Source: Octopus vulgaris (lineage: Eukaryota). Taken from it: a stretch of 64,000 nucleotides of DNA. Shown here one piece after another: positions 38,242-51,360 of the stretch. Both the position numbers and the translations under genes were made by a program. The stretch spans positions 28,706,001 through 28,770,000 of the forward strand of contig OX597835.1 in assembly GCA_951406725.2 (NCBI GenBank), in the 5' to 3' direction. The notes beneath the pieces were generated by a model that was given only the letters and a program-made list of their open reading frames with translations, ran no database searches and had not been told where the DNA came from. Each line of letters opens with the position of its first letter. The stretch's first letter is position 1.

Positions 38242-39327
38242 AATCAGAATGAACATTTAACATTCTATTATTTTATTTTATTATATTATAATATATTATC
38301 TTATATTATATCATTATAAGATTGTAAATAAAACGTGAAAATCAGACAAGGTTGGAATTCCTTTTATTAATATATATATATATATATATATAATATATAT
38401 ATGTATGTATGTATATATGTATGTATATATATGTGTGTGTGTGAGTGCATATATGAGTACAGGACGTCACTAACATATATGTATGTATATATCTACGTGT
38501 GTGTTTCTGTGTCTGTGTCTATATTTGCAGCCACCTCACCGCATCGTCGCTTCACAACTGGTGTTGGTGAGTTTATGTCCCCGTAAGATAGCGGTTCGGC
38601 AAAAAGAGAGAGAATAAAGACTAGCCTTACAAAGAATAAGTCCTGGTGTCGATTTGATCGGCAAAAGAAAAAAAACCCAGAAAACAAAAACCCACTTCGG
38701 GGTGGTGCTCTAGCATGGCCGCACTCAAACTGACTAAAACAAGTAATAGCAAAAAAGGAACACGGAAAAGGAAAAAAAAAATGGAAAGGAAAAGGTTTGC
38801 CAAGTTTTCATTGTTTAGGAAATTGTGATGGAATTACGTCATGGCGTAAAGTGACGTTGAAACATGAGAATGATGTGAGTTTCTATTGGTCGAAACAGTT
38901 GACTCTCACGATTTGCTGACTGACCAACGGTGATTTCTGAAAGGATCCGGGAAGATGAATAATGAGAGGAAACAGAAAGCTGTTGAAATAGAAAGCCGCC
39001 AGCCGAAAACAAAATGGTAAGCAGGGAATGGTAAAGAGAGAGAGAGAAAGAAAAGAGAGAAGGGTAAAGAAAGAGGGAGAGAGAGCGAGAGAGGATAAAA
39101 GAAAAGAAGATAGAAGAAAACAGAGGCAAAATAAAATTCAACAAAGAAAAGCAAAGTGAAAATTGAATGAGCGAGGAAATGAGAAAAAACTGGTATACAT
39201 ACATAAGTATATATACATACATATATATATATATTTATAGCCTTTGCATCCTGTTTTTCTTTTGATAAATAAATATATATATATATATACACAAATAAAC
39301 ACACACACACACATATATATATATCAA

Positions 39328-39645
39328 GGTGCAGGCGTGGCTGTGGGGAAGAAGCTTGCATCTCAACCACATAGTCCCGGATTCAGTGCCATTGCGTGAC
39401 ACCTTAGGCAAGTGTCTCCTATTATATAGCCTCTGGCCGACTAAAGTCTTGTGATCGGATTTGGTGTGTGTGTTGTCTGAAACCCCAGCATCATCAATTG
39501 ACAACTGATGCTGGTGTGTTGAGGTCGTCGTAATCTAGTGGTTCGGCAAAGGATATCGATATAGAATAAAACCTTATAAAACACATTAAGGCGGTGCTCC
39601 AGTATGGATGGAGACAAATTACTAAAACAAATTTAAGAATAAAAG
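39328..39645 (+). mobile_element. SINE family A (diverged)
   Basis: Similarity to the other copies. Confidence 0.75.
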
Positions 39646-39648
39646 AAC

Positions 39649-39688
<40 letters not shown>

Positions 39689-39741
39689 TATATATATACA
39701 TATATCTATATATATATACATATACATATTTCCATATATAC

Positions 39742-39918
<177 letters not shown>

Positions 39919-39973
39919 TAATGGTAAGACAACAAAAGAATGAAAGATACCTCGATATTATGATAATAGAGGA

Positions 39974-40158
39974 ATTTATCTGTAAATATAATATGTGACA
40001 ATTATTCGGTAGCCATGATAAAACTCCGAGTTTCGGATAACGAGGTGGAAATCCATGCTGCCGTAACTTTGGTTATCCGGCGGCGTGGATTTCCACCTCG
40101 GCATCCAAAACTCGGAGTTTTATCATGGCTACCGAATAATTGTCACATTACATTTACA

Positions 40159-40160
<2 letters not shown>
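39974..40160. repeat. Foldback with a degenerate hammerhead on the minus strand (40017-40077)
   Basis: Reverse complement: GATAA-ccaaagt...tcc-GAA-ACTCgGAGT-T-TTATC; stems I and III intact, CUGANGA box decayed. Confidence 0.75.
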
Positions 40161-40224
<64 letters not shown>

Positions 40225-40249
40225 TATATACATATGTATATGTACACAC

Positions 40250-40994
40250 ATATGTGGGCACAGGACGTCTCGAAACGTGTACAACAAAAAATACGAAGTA
40301 CGAGTACATGGAATATGAACTACTTTTTCGAACAACAAAAGACACAAATGGAAAACAAGACAAATAACACAAAGAACGACCCTTCATCTGTTGTTGGCTG
40401 TTTTTTCTACTCTCGTATTTCGAGCATTTAACAACAAGATATGCTTTCGATAAAACAGTTGTTCTCGCATAGCAAATTAAATAAAATTTGGAATTTTGTG
40501 GAGGAACCAAATTGGTAATACAAACGGGAAAGTGAAAACAAACGGGAAGAGTTACTAATCCTAAACGAGGTTGTGGTGGTGAATGCGTAAATAAAGCTTG
40601 GACAGGAGACACAGGAACACGTCTTCCTTGATCCAGCTACAACGGAGAGAAAGAAGGAAACACAAGTTAGGAGAAGAAACATAGCCGATGGTCACGTGGG
40701 ACCCACGTGAGCAAGGGAGGAAGAGTGAGGGAGAGAGAGAGTGACAGGCAGAGAACTGTGAAGGGGGGAAAGACCTGGAGATAGGATACGTGAAAAAAAA
40801 CAGGAGAGGGAGAAGGGGAGGTAGAAGAAAGGAAGAGAAAAAAACGAAAGTAATAGGATAGAATAATGGGAGAAGAGGAGGTAAAAGAACAAAAGAGAGA
40901 AAAATGAAAGAGTAAAAAGATAGTAGAGTGCACATCAGAATTATTAAGATAGAACTTGCTTGAAAGAGGATGCGTGGCGTTGAATTATATAGTA

Positions 40995-41052
<58 letters not shown>

Positions 41053-41450
41053 GTGTGTGTATATATATATATATACATGCATATATACATACGTATATAT
41101 ACATACTTACATCTATACGTATGTATACATGCATATGTGGGCACAGGACGTCACTAAGCGTGTACAACAAAAAATACGAAGTACGAGTACATGAATATGA
41201 ACTATTTTTCGAACAAAACGAAAGACATAAACGGGAGCAGCTGTTTTATCGAAAGCGTAACTTGATGTTAGATGCTCGAGATACGAGAGTAGAAAAACAG
41301 CCAACAACTGGTGAGGGGTCGTTCTTTGTGTTGTTTGTCTTATTTTCCATTTGTCTTTCGTTGTTCGAAAAATTGTTCATATTCCATGTACTCGTACTTC
41401 GCACTATTCGTTGTACAAGTTTCGTGACGTCCTGCGCCTACATATCCATG
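40250..41450. repeat. Dispersed ~230-bp repeat family in direct and inverted copies
   Basis: gcacaggacgtc...aaaatacgaagtacgagtacatg at 40259 (+), 41140 (+), 41236-41445 (-); relatives at 18612 (+) and ~1665-1805 (-). Confidence 0.8.
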
Positions 41451-41493
41451 TATATATACGTATAGATGTATGTACATATACGTATGTAGATAT

Positions 41494-41562
<69 letters not shown>

Positions 41563-41701
41563 TATATTATATTATTATATTAATAAACATATTTAGCTAA
41601 TATTAGTAAAACATATATGTTCTCTAGATAACATGTCCCACCAGGAGTACTTCTTTTGTTGATCTTACGATCAAGGAATAGAACACTTTATATATATATA
41701 C

Positions 41702-41766
<65 letters not shown>

Positions 41767-42018
41767 TGTGTGTGTATACTTGTATGTATGTATACGAACA
41801 CACATGTAAGAATGCAGGTAAATATATGAGTCACTATATACGCGCATGTATGTATGTATTATATATATATACACTCACATATATATGCATATATAGATAC
41901 ATATATATATGTGCATATGTATCGGATCAACCGACAGAGGGCCTGTTATATATAATATATAATGTGAGTGTGTGTGTGTGTGTATATATATATATATGTG
42001 TGTGTGTGTATGTATGTA

Positions 42019-42063
<45 letters not shown>

Positions 42064-42871
42064 TATATTACGTATTGTAAATGTACCACTCATATGGTAT
42101 GAATCTGTGACGTCTTGTTCGTGTTTGTGTTTTATAGATTCAGTATGCAATGACAAACCTGGCCCAGTATTAATTAGTCGTTATTAAAAAAAAGTCATCA
42201 AGCTAATTATCTCCTCTATAGCAGGCATGAACATGATGCTCATGCACAATCATTAAGACAATACAGGTTTGTAGTTGTTGTTGTTGTTATTGGTAGTTGC
42301 GGCGTTGGTGGTGGTGGTGGTGGTGGGGTTAAGGTAGCCGTAAAAGAAACCATAATTGACATAGGGTCAAGAAGGCAGCCTCTAGGTGCTCGCTTGTCAT
42401 GCTAAAAATAACAGTCGAATCTCCTTAAAATTACCTACCTTACTTTCTTCACGAGAAGGTCAGAGTGGATGATGATGTAAAGCGGAAAATGAAGTAACAG
42501 AAAAATTGTGAGTTTAGCATGCTGGAATGAGTTTGAATTCTGAATCATAGATGTGCTTGCTCGGAACACTGTAAACCTAGGGTTGTATAGCATAGTCTGT
42601 AACAAATACAAGCTTAACGAGGCTGGAAATAAATAAATAAAATAAAATAAAATAAAATAAAATAAAACATAAGCGCAGACGTAGCTGTGTGGTAAAAAGT
42701 TTGCCTCGCAACCACATCTTTCCAGGTTCAGTTCCACTGCGTGGCACCTTGGACAAATCTCTTCTACTATTGTCTCGGGCCGATCAAAGACTTGTGAGTG
42801 GATTTGGTAGACGGAAACTGAAAGAAGCCCATCGTGTTTTCCAAAAGTGATGGGACAAACACAGACATGAA

Positions 42872-42914
<43 letters not shown>

Positions 42915-43454
42915 TTTGTATTCACTATGTTGAACCGTTAATCTTTACACATTTTTTCTCCCAGCGTTTTTATCCCCTCCCAGCTTAATCATTTCAGCTG
43001 AAGAGCGTCGGCTCGAAACGTAAAAAGTGTTAAACTAATAAACTTGCTTGTTGTTCCTGTACATGTTTTCGTCTTTTGTAAATTTGTAAATTTAAAATAT
43101 ATATATATATCGTTCAAATTTACACTGCATTGGTGGATTTAATTTCTTTATTTGGGAGTTAAGTGTGAAAATATCCTAGTGTCTTAACAGTTCTTCAAGC
43201 CGATCATATGGAGAAAGGTGTTCGCCTCCATATTGTGGTAAAAAGTTTGCCTCGCAACCACATCGTTCCGGGTTCAGTTCCACTGCGTGCACCTTCGACA
43301 AATCTCTTCTACTATAGTCTCGGGCCGAAAAAGACTTGTGAGTGGATTTGGTAGATGGAAACTGAAAGAAGCCCGTCGTGTTTTCCAAAATGGAGACGAA
43401 TACCTTTCTCCATGTGATTGACTTGAAAAATTGTTAAGACACTAGGATATTTTC

Positions 43455-43835
43455 GGAGTCAATTAAATAAGTATCAGTTACGCACTGGGGTCGATATAAT
43501 CGACTTAATCCGTTTGTCCTCTCTGTGTTTAGCCCCTTGTGAGTAGTAAAGAGATAGGTATTTCGTCTGCCGCTACGTTCTGAGTTCAAATTCCGCCGAG
43601 GTCGACTTTGCCTTTCATCCTTTCGTGGTAGATAAATTAGGTACCAGTTACGCACTGGGGTCGGTACAATCGACTTCATCCGTTTGTCTGTCCTTGTTTG
43701 TCCACTCTGTGCTTAGCTCCTTGTGGGTAGTAAAGAAATAGGTATTTCGTCTGCCTCGGCGCAATTTAAACTCAGAACGTAACGGCAGACGAAATACGGC
43801 TACGCATTTCGCCCGGCGTGCTAATGTTTCTGCCA
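43455..43835 (+). mobile_element. SINE family B tandem bodies plus an inverted head
   Basis: Two tandem 3' units (43455-43750), then a minus-strand head fragment (43755-43835). Confidence 0.85.
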
Positions 43836-44197
43836 GATCACCAGGTCACATCTGTCTCTGAAGATAACTTATCTCTTTTTTTTCTTCGTTTTTTTTTTCT
43901 CTCTCTCACCATTCACAGAGAACATTATATAAAAAAAAACGAAAGAAAATAACGAAGATAAAAAAGGAATGGACGCTGCTCCTATACCCTGAATATGTTC
44001 AAAAAATAAAAATTATCTCCTGTCTCAATGAAGAATACCTTTTAAAATTAACAACAGACTACATCACTCGACAAATCAAGAGATGGATACATGGTCTGGT
44101 GAGTTCGATATTCTAATTAGAAAATAATTATAATTAGAATATCTTAATTAACGAATATTCACTCTGAGTGTATTTTCGTCGCTTGTCATATATATAA

Positions 44198-44750
44198 TGC
44201 GAGCTGGCAGAAACGTTAGCACGCCGGGCAAAATACTTAGCGGTAATTCGTCTGCCGTTACGTTCTGAGTTCAAATTCCGCCGAGTTCGACTTTGCCTGT
44301 CATCCTTTCGGAGTCGATAAATTACGTACAAGTTACGTATTGGGGTCGATATAATCGACTTAATTCGTTTGTCTGTCCTTGTTTGTCCTCTCTGTGTTTA
44401 GCCTCTTGTGGGTACATTCTGAGTTCAAATTCTACCGAGGTCAACTTTGCCTTTCATCCTTTCGAGGTCGATTAAAAAAGTACTAGTTACGTACTGGGGT
44501 TGATATAATCGACTTAATTGGTTTGTCTGTCCTTGTTTGTCCTCACTGTGTTTAGCCCCTTGTGGGTAGTAAAGAAATAGAAATAGGTAATACGCCCGTC
44601 GCTACGTTCTGAGCTCAAATTCCGCCGAAGTCGACTTCGCCTTTCATCCTTTCAAGGTCGATAAACTAAGTACCAGTTGCGTACTGTGGTTGATCTAATC
44701 GACTGGCTCCCTCCACCAAAATTTCAGGCCTTGTGCCTAGAGTAGAAAAG
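44198..44750 (+). mobile_element. SINE family B tandem array (3 body units, one head)
   Basis: ttctgag(t/c)tcaaattc at ~44263, ~44417, ~44607. Confidence 0.88.
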
Positions 44751-44786
44751 TATATATATGAGAGAGAGAGGTGTGTGTGTCTTAAT

Positions 44787-45131
44787 TTTCTACTTGTTTC
44801 GGTCGTTGGACTACAGCCATGCTGGGGCACCGCATTGAAGAACTTTTAGTCGGATAAATGGAGTCTAGTACTTATTTTTTTAAAACCCTAGTACTTATTC
44901 TATCGGCTCTATACTTATTCTATCGGTGACATAGATACACAAACACCGGTTGTCAAGCGTCGGGGACAAACACACACACACCCACAAGCACACATATCTA
45001 TACGACGGACTGCTTTCAGTTCCCGTCAACCAAATTCACTCTCAAGGCTTTGGCCAGCTCGAGGCTATAATAGAAGACACTTGGCCTAGGTGCCATGCCG
45101 TTGGGAAGCTAGCTTCTTACCACAGCCGCAT
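44787..45131 (-). mobile_element. SINE family A (diverged)
   Basis: Similarity to the other copies. Confidence 0.75.
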
Positions 45132-45262
45132 CTACATATATATGTATTATATAGATACATAGATAAGTTGGTAGGTAGGTATGTTGACAGACAGACAGAC
45201 AGATAGTTAGATAGATAGACAGATAAATAGATAGATAGATAGATAGATAGATAGACAGATAA

Positions 45263-45316
<54 letters not shown>

Positions 45317-45407
45317 ACAAATAGACAGAGAGAGATAAATTTGTTATGTAAATACGCACCTATATACATACATATACAGACAATCACACACACACACACA
45401 CCTCTGC

Positions 45408-45453
<46 letters not shown>

Positions 45454-45827
45454 ATATATACTTAGAAAAATCTCGCTTGGCACTGATTCGTCATATTGCT
45501 CGTTTATTATTATTTTTTTCTTCTTCTCGGCGACAGTACCGTGAGTGGCATGTCACCATCTTTCTATAATAATTATATTCTAACAAGCCTCGTATGTAAG
45601 AAAATAAAAATTCACTCTCATGGCTACTCCCACCCACCCGCACACGGATTGGTCACGGCATTTTCTTCCTTTCTGTTTGTATTTACCCATTATGAATGGA
45701 AATCGCTCTGTTGATTGTGATCATCATAAATGTTCAAGGACAAGTAACACAGTGGGAATAAATAAAACGGGTTGGAATGAATCACTCTGAAAGCATTGAA
45801 AAATGCGGACAAAATAAGACATCCTAC

Positions 45828-46256
45828 GGATCTTTTCGGTTTGAACGGCAGTTTTTAACATAATTTTTAGGTAACTAAAAAATTTTAAGCTTCGTATACT
45901 GGTAGAATGTGTTTATAAAACAACTTTTTCTCTTGGCTTTATTGAGAAAATTCTATAGTTTGTAAGATATTTGTTGTTTTTTTTTCTTCAAAGTCTGCAA
46001 TTTCAACCAATCAATGACGTCCATTGAGGTAAAAAAAAGACATTCTGTGCCGTATGTATATGTCCCTAGTTTAAGAAACAGATTAGGTTTATTTACATTA
46101 GTGAAGAAAAAAAGATACCCTTCCCCCACCCCTAACCCTAACCCTAACCCTAAAAGAGATTGAAATGCAATAGATCGATACTAGGGTCATAATTATGGGT
46201 GACAATTTCATATGACACCGCTAGAAAAAAAACTGCCGTTCAAACCGAAATGATCC
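45828..46256. mobile_element. Second copy of the telomeric-repeat MITE
   Basis: Same TIRs; TSD catcctac/cattctac; (CCCTAA)n at ~46130-46153. Confidence 0.88.
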
Positions 46257-46415
46257 CATTCTACTGTGTTGACTTTATTGTATTGTATAGATAGAATGTC
46301 ACTAGTTCCAAGAATTTATGTTTGGTAAAAACAGAAGATATGACTTTTATCTTTATATTTTTAATATCAGACCGCTTTCTAATTTTTGTATGATGTCATT
46401 GCTCTTATTTTGGAA

Positions 46416-46822
46416 TACTCTTTTACTCTTTTACTTGTTTCAGTCATTTGACTGCGGCCATGCTGGAGCACCGCCTTTTAGTCGAGCAAATCGACCTCAG
46501 GACTTATTCTTTGTAAGCCTAGTACTTATTCTATCGGTCTCTTTTGCAGAACCGCTAAGTGACGGGGACATAAACACACCAGCATCGGTTGTCAAGTGAT
46601 GTTGGGGTGCGGGGGGGGACAAACACAAACGCACATACATGTATACATATACATATATACGACGGGCTTCTTTCAATTTCCGCCCACCAAATCCACTCAC
46701 AAGGCTTTGGTCGGCCCAAGGCTATAGTAGAAGACACTTGCTCAAGGTGCCACGCAGTTGGACTGAACCCGGAACCATGTGGTTCGTAAGCAAGCTACAT
46801 ACCACACAGCCACTCCTGCGCC
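46416..46822 (-). mobile_element. SINE family A, full length
   Basis: Close match to 29384-29790. Confidence 0.92.
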
Positions 46823-47027
46823 TATATAGTAAAATATAGTAAAATTCCTAAATCCGATATAGCCGTTTGTAAATTTTTCATCTTTAGAATGAAATGATAT
46901 TTGCGTGGGATTGTTCCTGTTTCCTTAGAGTCAGTGGAGAGACAATGCTATTCACACACACATAGCCTTCTCCTCCAACAGAATTTTTAATTGAGCACTA
47001 CTATAGCAGTAAGCTGTTTACTTTTGT

Positions 47028-47496
47028 TTACCTACCTACCTACCCACCCACCTACCCACCTACCTACCTACCTACTTACCTACCTACCTACCTACCTACC
47101 TACCTACCTAGCTACCTACCTACCTACCTACCTACCTACCTACCTACCTACCTACGTTCCTACCTACCTACCTACCCACCCACCTACCCACCCACCTACC
47201 TACCTACTTACCTACCTACCTACCTACCTATCTACCCACCTAGCTACCTAGCTACCAACCTACCTACCTACCTACCTACCTACCTATCTACCTACCTACC
47301 TACCTATCTACCTACCTATCTACCTATCTACTTACCTACCTACCTAGCTACCTACCTATCTACCTACCTTCCTACCTACCTACCTACCTATCTACCTAAC
47401 TACCTACCTACCCACCTACCCACCCACCCACCTACCTACCTACCTACCTATCTACCTACCTACCTACCTACCGACCTACCTATCTATCTACCTACC
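47028..47496. repeat. (CCTA)n microsatellite, continuing at 49395-49420
   Basis: Direct observation. Confidence 0.97.
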
Positions 47497-48867
47497 TTAT
47501 ACGTATTGACTCTCGAGCCATTATTGCGGAAGCTGGCAACTTTGAGGGGCATCCCGCGAGAACTGGGATGCGGGACGAGCGTGTCTGCATACGCGGACGA
47601 CGTCACCGTCATAGTGTCTAGCCACGAGCACATCGAGCAGGTCGGCGAGACACTGAAAAACTACGAAGCGGTGACAGGAGAGAAAATCAACCGGGAAACG
47701 TCAGTGGGCTTGCGACTAGGCACCTGGAGAAGCAAGCCCATGCCGTCCACCAGCGCCTCCGTCGTGGGACGCTGGACCGACGGCCCGGTTGAGTTGCTCG
47801 GGGTCTGGTTTGGTCCGGACCTCCAAGTGGAGAAGAACTGGAACGAGATAACGAGTAGGGTGGTCACTCTCGCCCGGCAATGGGCCGAGAAGAAACTGTC
47901 CCTAAAAGGTCGGGCGGAGGTGGCGAACACGTACATCTCGTCCGTCATCTACTACCGCCTGACCGTCGTACCTTGTCCCGACCCTACCATCACCAAACTA
48001 CAACGCATTCTCTTTCGCTTCTTGTGGAAAGGAGGGCTGGGCGTGCCGTGGTTGATGATGCGCAGACACGCGCTGAGACTGCGACATCTCTGGCTCTATG
48101 TAGACGACGGTGAACAGGTGTGGTCGCCGTTTGTGAGGCACGCTTTCCCGCAGCTCGTCTCCATGACCGAACTGCAGTCGTGGATCAAAAAGAGGCCGAG
48201 GAAGGGCGATTGGCACCGCGAGTGTCGCGTTGCTCTCAAGCAACTCTGCCGTCCTGGGTCGACCTTGAGTGACTTCAACACAACCAAAGCATTCTATAGG
48301 GGATTAGTGGAGGGGAGGTACGACGACGAGCTCGGGGCGAACCTGGACGTCGACGAGGAGTACCTGACCCGCCTGTTCAGGACGACTTTCGGGCCAGGGC
48401 CCATGGACAACTTCCAGAGATCTCTGGCCTGGCAGTGTTACCGAAAAGCGCTACCCGTTCGGGATAAGCTCTACAGACACGGCTCGAGAAACACGGGGCC
48501 GACCTGCACTAGATGCGGTCAGAGCGACGAAACCGTTCTGCACGCACTCGTTCAGTGTCCAACAATTTCCGACCTGTGGGCTTGTGTCGAACAACTGCTG
48601 TCACGTGTGGGACGAGTCGGTTTATCAGCTGAGTCTATCGTCAATATTGTCACGCATCCTTCCTTCAAACGGGAAGGAAGAGCTATTTTCATCATCCTTG
48701 TGGCTATGGCGAAAGAATGTATCTGGTGGACGCGCCTGAAAGGATTGGAGACAAACACTTTCCTCTCTGGTCAATCTCTCATCAACTTCTTCAAGTACCA
48801 CTTGAAAAGGAAAGTGAGAGTAGAGAGGCAAGTTTTGTCTAGCGAACGTTTTAAAAAAGATGGGTGA
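47497..48867 (+). CDS. ORF2 fragment: RT C-terminal half plus CCHC zinc finger
   Basis: LYVLTLEPLL, SAYADDV, G.KIN, LGVWFG, LSLKGR, GGLGVP, ALPVRDKL, CTRC..DETVLHALVQC; probable short deletion at FLWKG|GLG and a frameshift in the A-run near 48855. Confidence 0.88.
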   Translation, partial: LYVLTLEPLLRKLATLRGIPRELGCGTSVSAYADDVTVIVSSHEHIEQVGETLKNYEAVTGEKINRETSVGLRLGTWRSKPMPSTSASVVGRWTDGPVELLGVWFGPDLQVEKNWNEITSRVVTLARQWAEKKLSLKGRAEVANTYISSVIYYRLTVVPCPDPTITKLQRILFRFLWKGGLGVPWLMMRRHALRLRHLWLYVDDGEQVWSPFVRHAFPQLVSMTELQSWIKKRPRKGDWHRECRVALKQLCRPGSTLSDFNTTKAFYRGLVEGRYDDELGANLDVDEEYLTRLFRTTFGPGPMDNFQRSLAWQCYRKALPVRDKLYRHGSRNTGPTCTRCGQSDETVLHALVQCPTISDLWACVEQLLSRVGRVGLSAESIVNIVTHPSFKREGRAIFIILVAMAKECIWWTRLKGLETNTFLSGQSLINFFKYHLKRKVRVERQVLSSERFKKDG

Positions 48868-49394
48868 ATGTAGCAAGGATGGCACGTATGAATGACGAAG
48901 CCACCTTGAGCATAATCCTATGAACCCAGAAATTGAAAACAGAGGGTTATCCACTTGCAAACAAATGTGGTAACATATAACAATATTGACCAAGGTTACC
49001 GTGGTCTTTTTCGTAGGCTTTTCTTCCCACGGATAAACCTTACTTGCTTTCCCCTTTACACCATATATCATAACACTGTGATACACGTTCCCTATTGATC
49101 GTTCTTTTTTTTCCGCTTCCCCTTTTTTCCCCCTTTTTTCTTCTTTTTTCATTTCTCTTTTCTTTTGTTCCTTTTCCTTTTCTTTTTTCTTTTTATTCTT
49201 TTTATTTTTTATTTTATTTATTTATTTATTTATTTACTTTTTTTTCTTTGTTCTTTTCTTCCCTCTTGATCGAAAACCTACGCCACCCCTTTTTTTTCCC
49301 TTTTTTTTTTGTTTTTTTCATCCCCCAAAAGAAAAGCTCTACCTTGTAACTTGTCCCATCTGTGTGCAGCCCCGTTTGGCCAATAAAGAAACTT
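47497..49394 (+). mobile_element. 5'-truncated Tx1/L1-clade LINE inside the (CCTA)n array
   Basis: ORF2 3' half, T-rich 3' UTR, terminus caataaagaaactt; CCTA repeats on both sides. Confidence 0.9.
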
Positions 49395-49420
49395 ATCTAC
49401 CTACCTACCTACCTACCTAC

Positions 49421-50878
49421 ATTCCTTGATTTTCTACAATGCTCTTAAATCTATTTGGTAGACTTGCAAGGCTCCTCTTCCAAAATTCACTTGTCCATGA
49501 CGAAAAATACTCCTCCAATTCTGTTTTGATCTCGTCTACAGAATTCATATTTTTCCCGTCTAAATGATTTTGAAGACTGCGGAATAAATGATAATCAGAT
49601 GGGGTAATGTCCGGCGAATATGGTGGGTGGGGCATTATTTCCCATTCAAACTGCTCCAGCCTTTGGAATGTGGCTGAACATTATCCTGATGGAAGAACAC
49701 CATTCGTCTTGAAAACAAAGACGGTTATTTTTCTTCTAGCACTCACTTAAGTCGCTCAAGCTGCTTGCAGTAGATCTCCTTTGTTATCGTTTGGTTTGGG
49801 TTTAAATGTTGAAAGTGGACTAAACCTTTCATATCCCAGCATACAGATAACAACACCGTACGTGGGTGAAGACCTTCTTTCGCCTGGGGCGCCGGTGTAT
49901 CTCCTTTCCACTCCTTCCCTACTTACTGTCTTCAGTGCTTGGCATTTTTATAGAGAACCCATTTCTCGTCAACAGTCACTATTCGGTCAAAAAGAAAAAA
50001 AAAGAAAAAGAAAAAGAAAAAGAAAAGTTCCATTCGTGAGACGTGACAGCAAAGAAGAGCATACATTCACTCTCTGCGCGCGATTAGACTGGGAAAGTTT
50101 GTAAGGAACGCAATGACCCAGTTTGCTGACTTTTCCGATGGCACGCTGGTGTCGATGAATGGTTGAATGACCAAATCCAAGCTTCTCTGATAGCTCCTCA
50201 ACAGTTACAATGGGATTTTGTTCTATCAAGGTTTGCAGGATGTCCTTGTCGAGCTCTACAGATCTTCCAAGGACGAGGCTCGTCTTCTAGACTGTAGCTT
50301 CCGGTTCGGAATTTCTGGAACCATCGTTGACACTGGCTTACGCTTATTGTCCAATGCCCATATACTGCATTAATATTCCTTGCGCTTTATTAATATTAAA
50401 ATAATATTAATAAATTATTATTTATTAATATATAATTTTTTATATATTAATAAAATTAATATATATATTTTATATATTAATTTATATAAAATTAATATAT
50501 ATAATTGGATGTACGTATATATTAATTATATACGTACATGATATAGGTATATAATGTACGTACATTATATACGTATATAATGTACGTATATACATTATAT
50601 ACTTACATTATATACGTACGTATATAATGTTGCGCTGTTGCCTTTATTGATCTCATAAAGCAAAATATGCTGAATATGCTCCTTTGTCATTTCCATTCTA
50701 GCTTTGAGAAAATAACTGTTAAAATCGAACCGAATTCTTCAAAGCTTGCAATAAGAATAAGTAAAAGGCAAAATTACTACCCGTTTATAAGGAAGTTGAT
50801 GCAGGTAGTTTATCCTGACCACCTCCGACTTTTAGTTCATGCAATTGAAAAACCCGCCTTATTTATGGAATGACCCCA
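49421..50878 (-). mobile_element. Decayed mariner transposon; putative 5' TIR retained, 3' end missing
   Basis: PHPPYSPDITPSDYHLFRSLQNHL, GHCVPYKL (WVPHEL-like), HTH segment TVEELSEKLGFGHSTIHRH; reverse complement TA|tggggtcattccataaat at 50880. Confidence 0.88.
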
Positions 50879-51360
50879 TAAATATACAAACAAAAGGTCG
50901 CGTTTCTCTGGGACAAAACAAAACATGTGCATAAAGAACCCAATCGAAAATGTTCTATAGATGAAGGATAGAGCGAACAGTAAAGAAAAACGAACACACG
51001 CATGCAAAATCAAGGCACAGTAATACGTAGGGCGCGAAAAATGGGTAGGTGTGATAACAGAGTTCACAGTGGTGTAAATAACAATGAAGATATCAAATGT
51101 TTGTAGAATACCATAGCTATGTAAGTACGAAATCCAATTTAAACTGTAGATCCCAATCCGGGGTTGGTTCAAGATGTAGCTTTGGATTTGTCCAGTTTCA
51201 TGTATAAAACCTCGACTGTTTGATATCTTACATGTTTAAAACTTTACCTGAAAATGATAGGTTATACGTTATGTAATCTACGAATACAAGAATAAAATTC
51301 TACTGAAACAATTGTCGTGAATTTTAAATGGCATTTGTGTTCCCTTTATATATATATATA

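Noticed and set aside
41300-41390. CTGATGA-like box in the 40250/41236 repeat family
   Set aside because: I could not find a matching stem II plus GAAA-palindrome-UH, so it is not counted as a hammerhead.
42995-43027. ctgaagagcgtcggctcgaaacgta
   Set aside because: Related to the 2491 family, but the core overlaps stem II (probable 3-nt deletion) and there is no stem I; treated as a dead relic.
44198-44750. Regularly spaced repeats superficially like a CRISPR array
   Set aside because: Whole units are homologous SINE bodies with no unique spacers; eukaryotic context and no cas genes.
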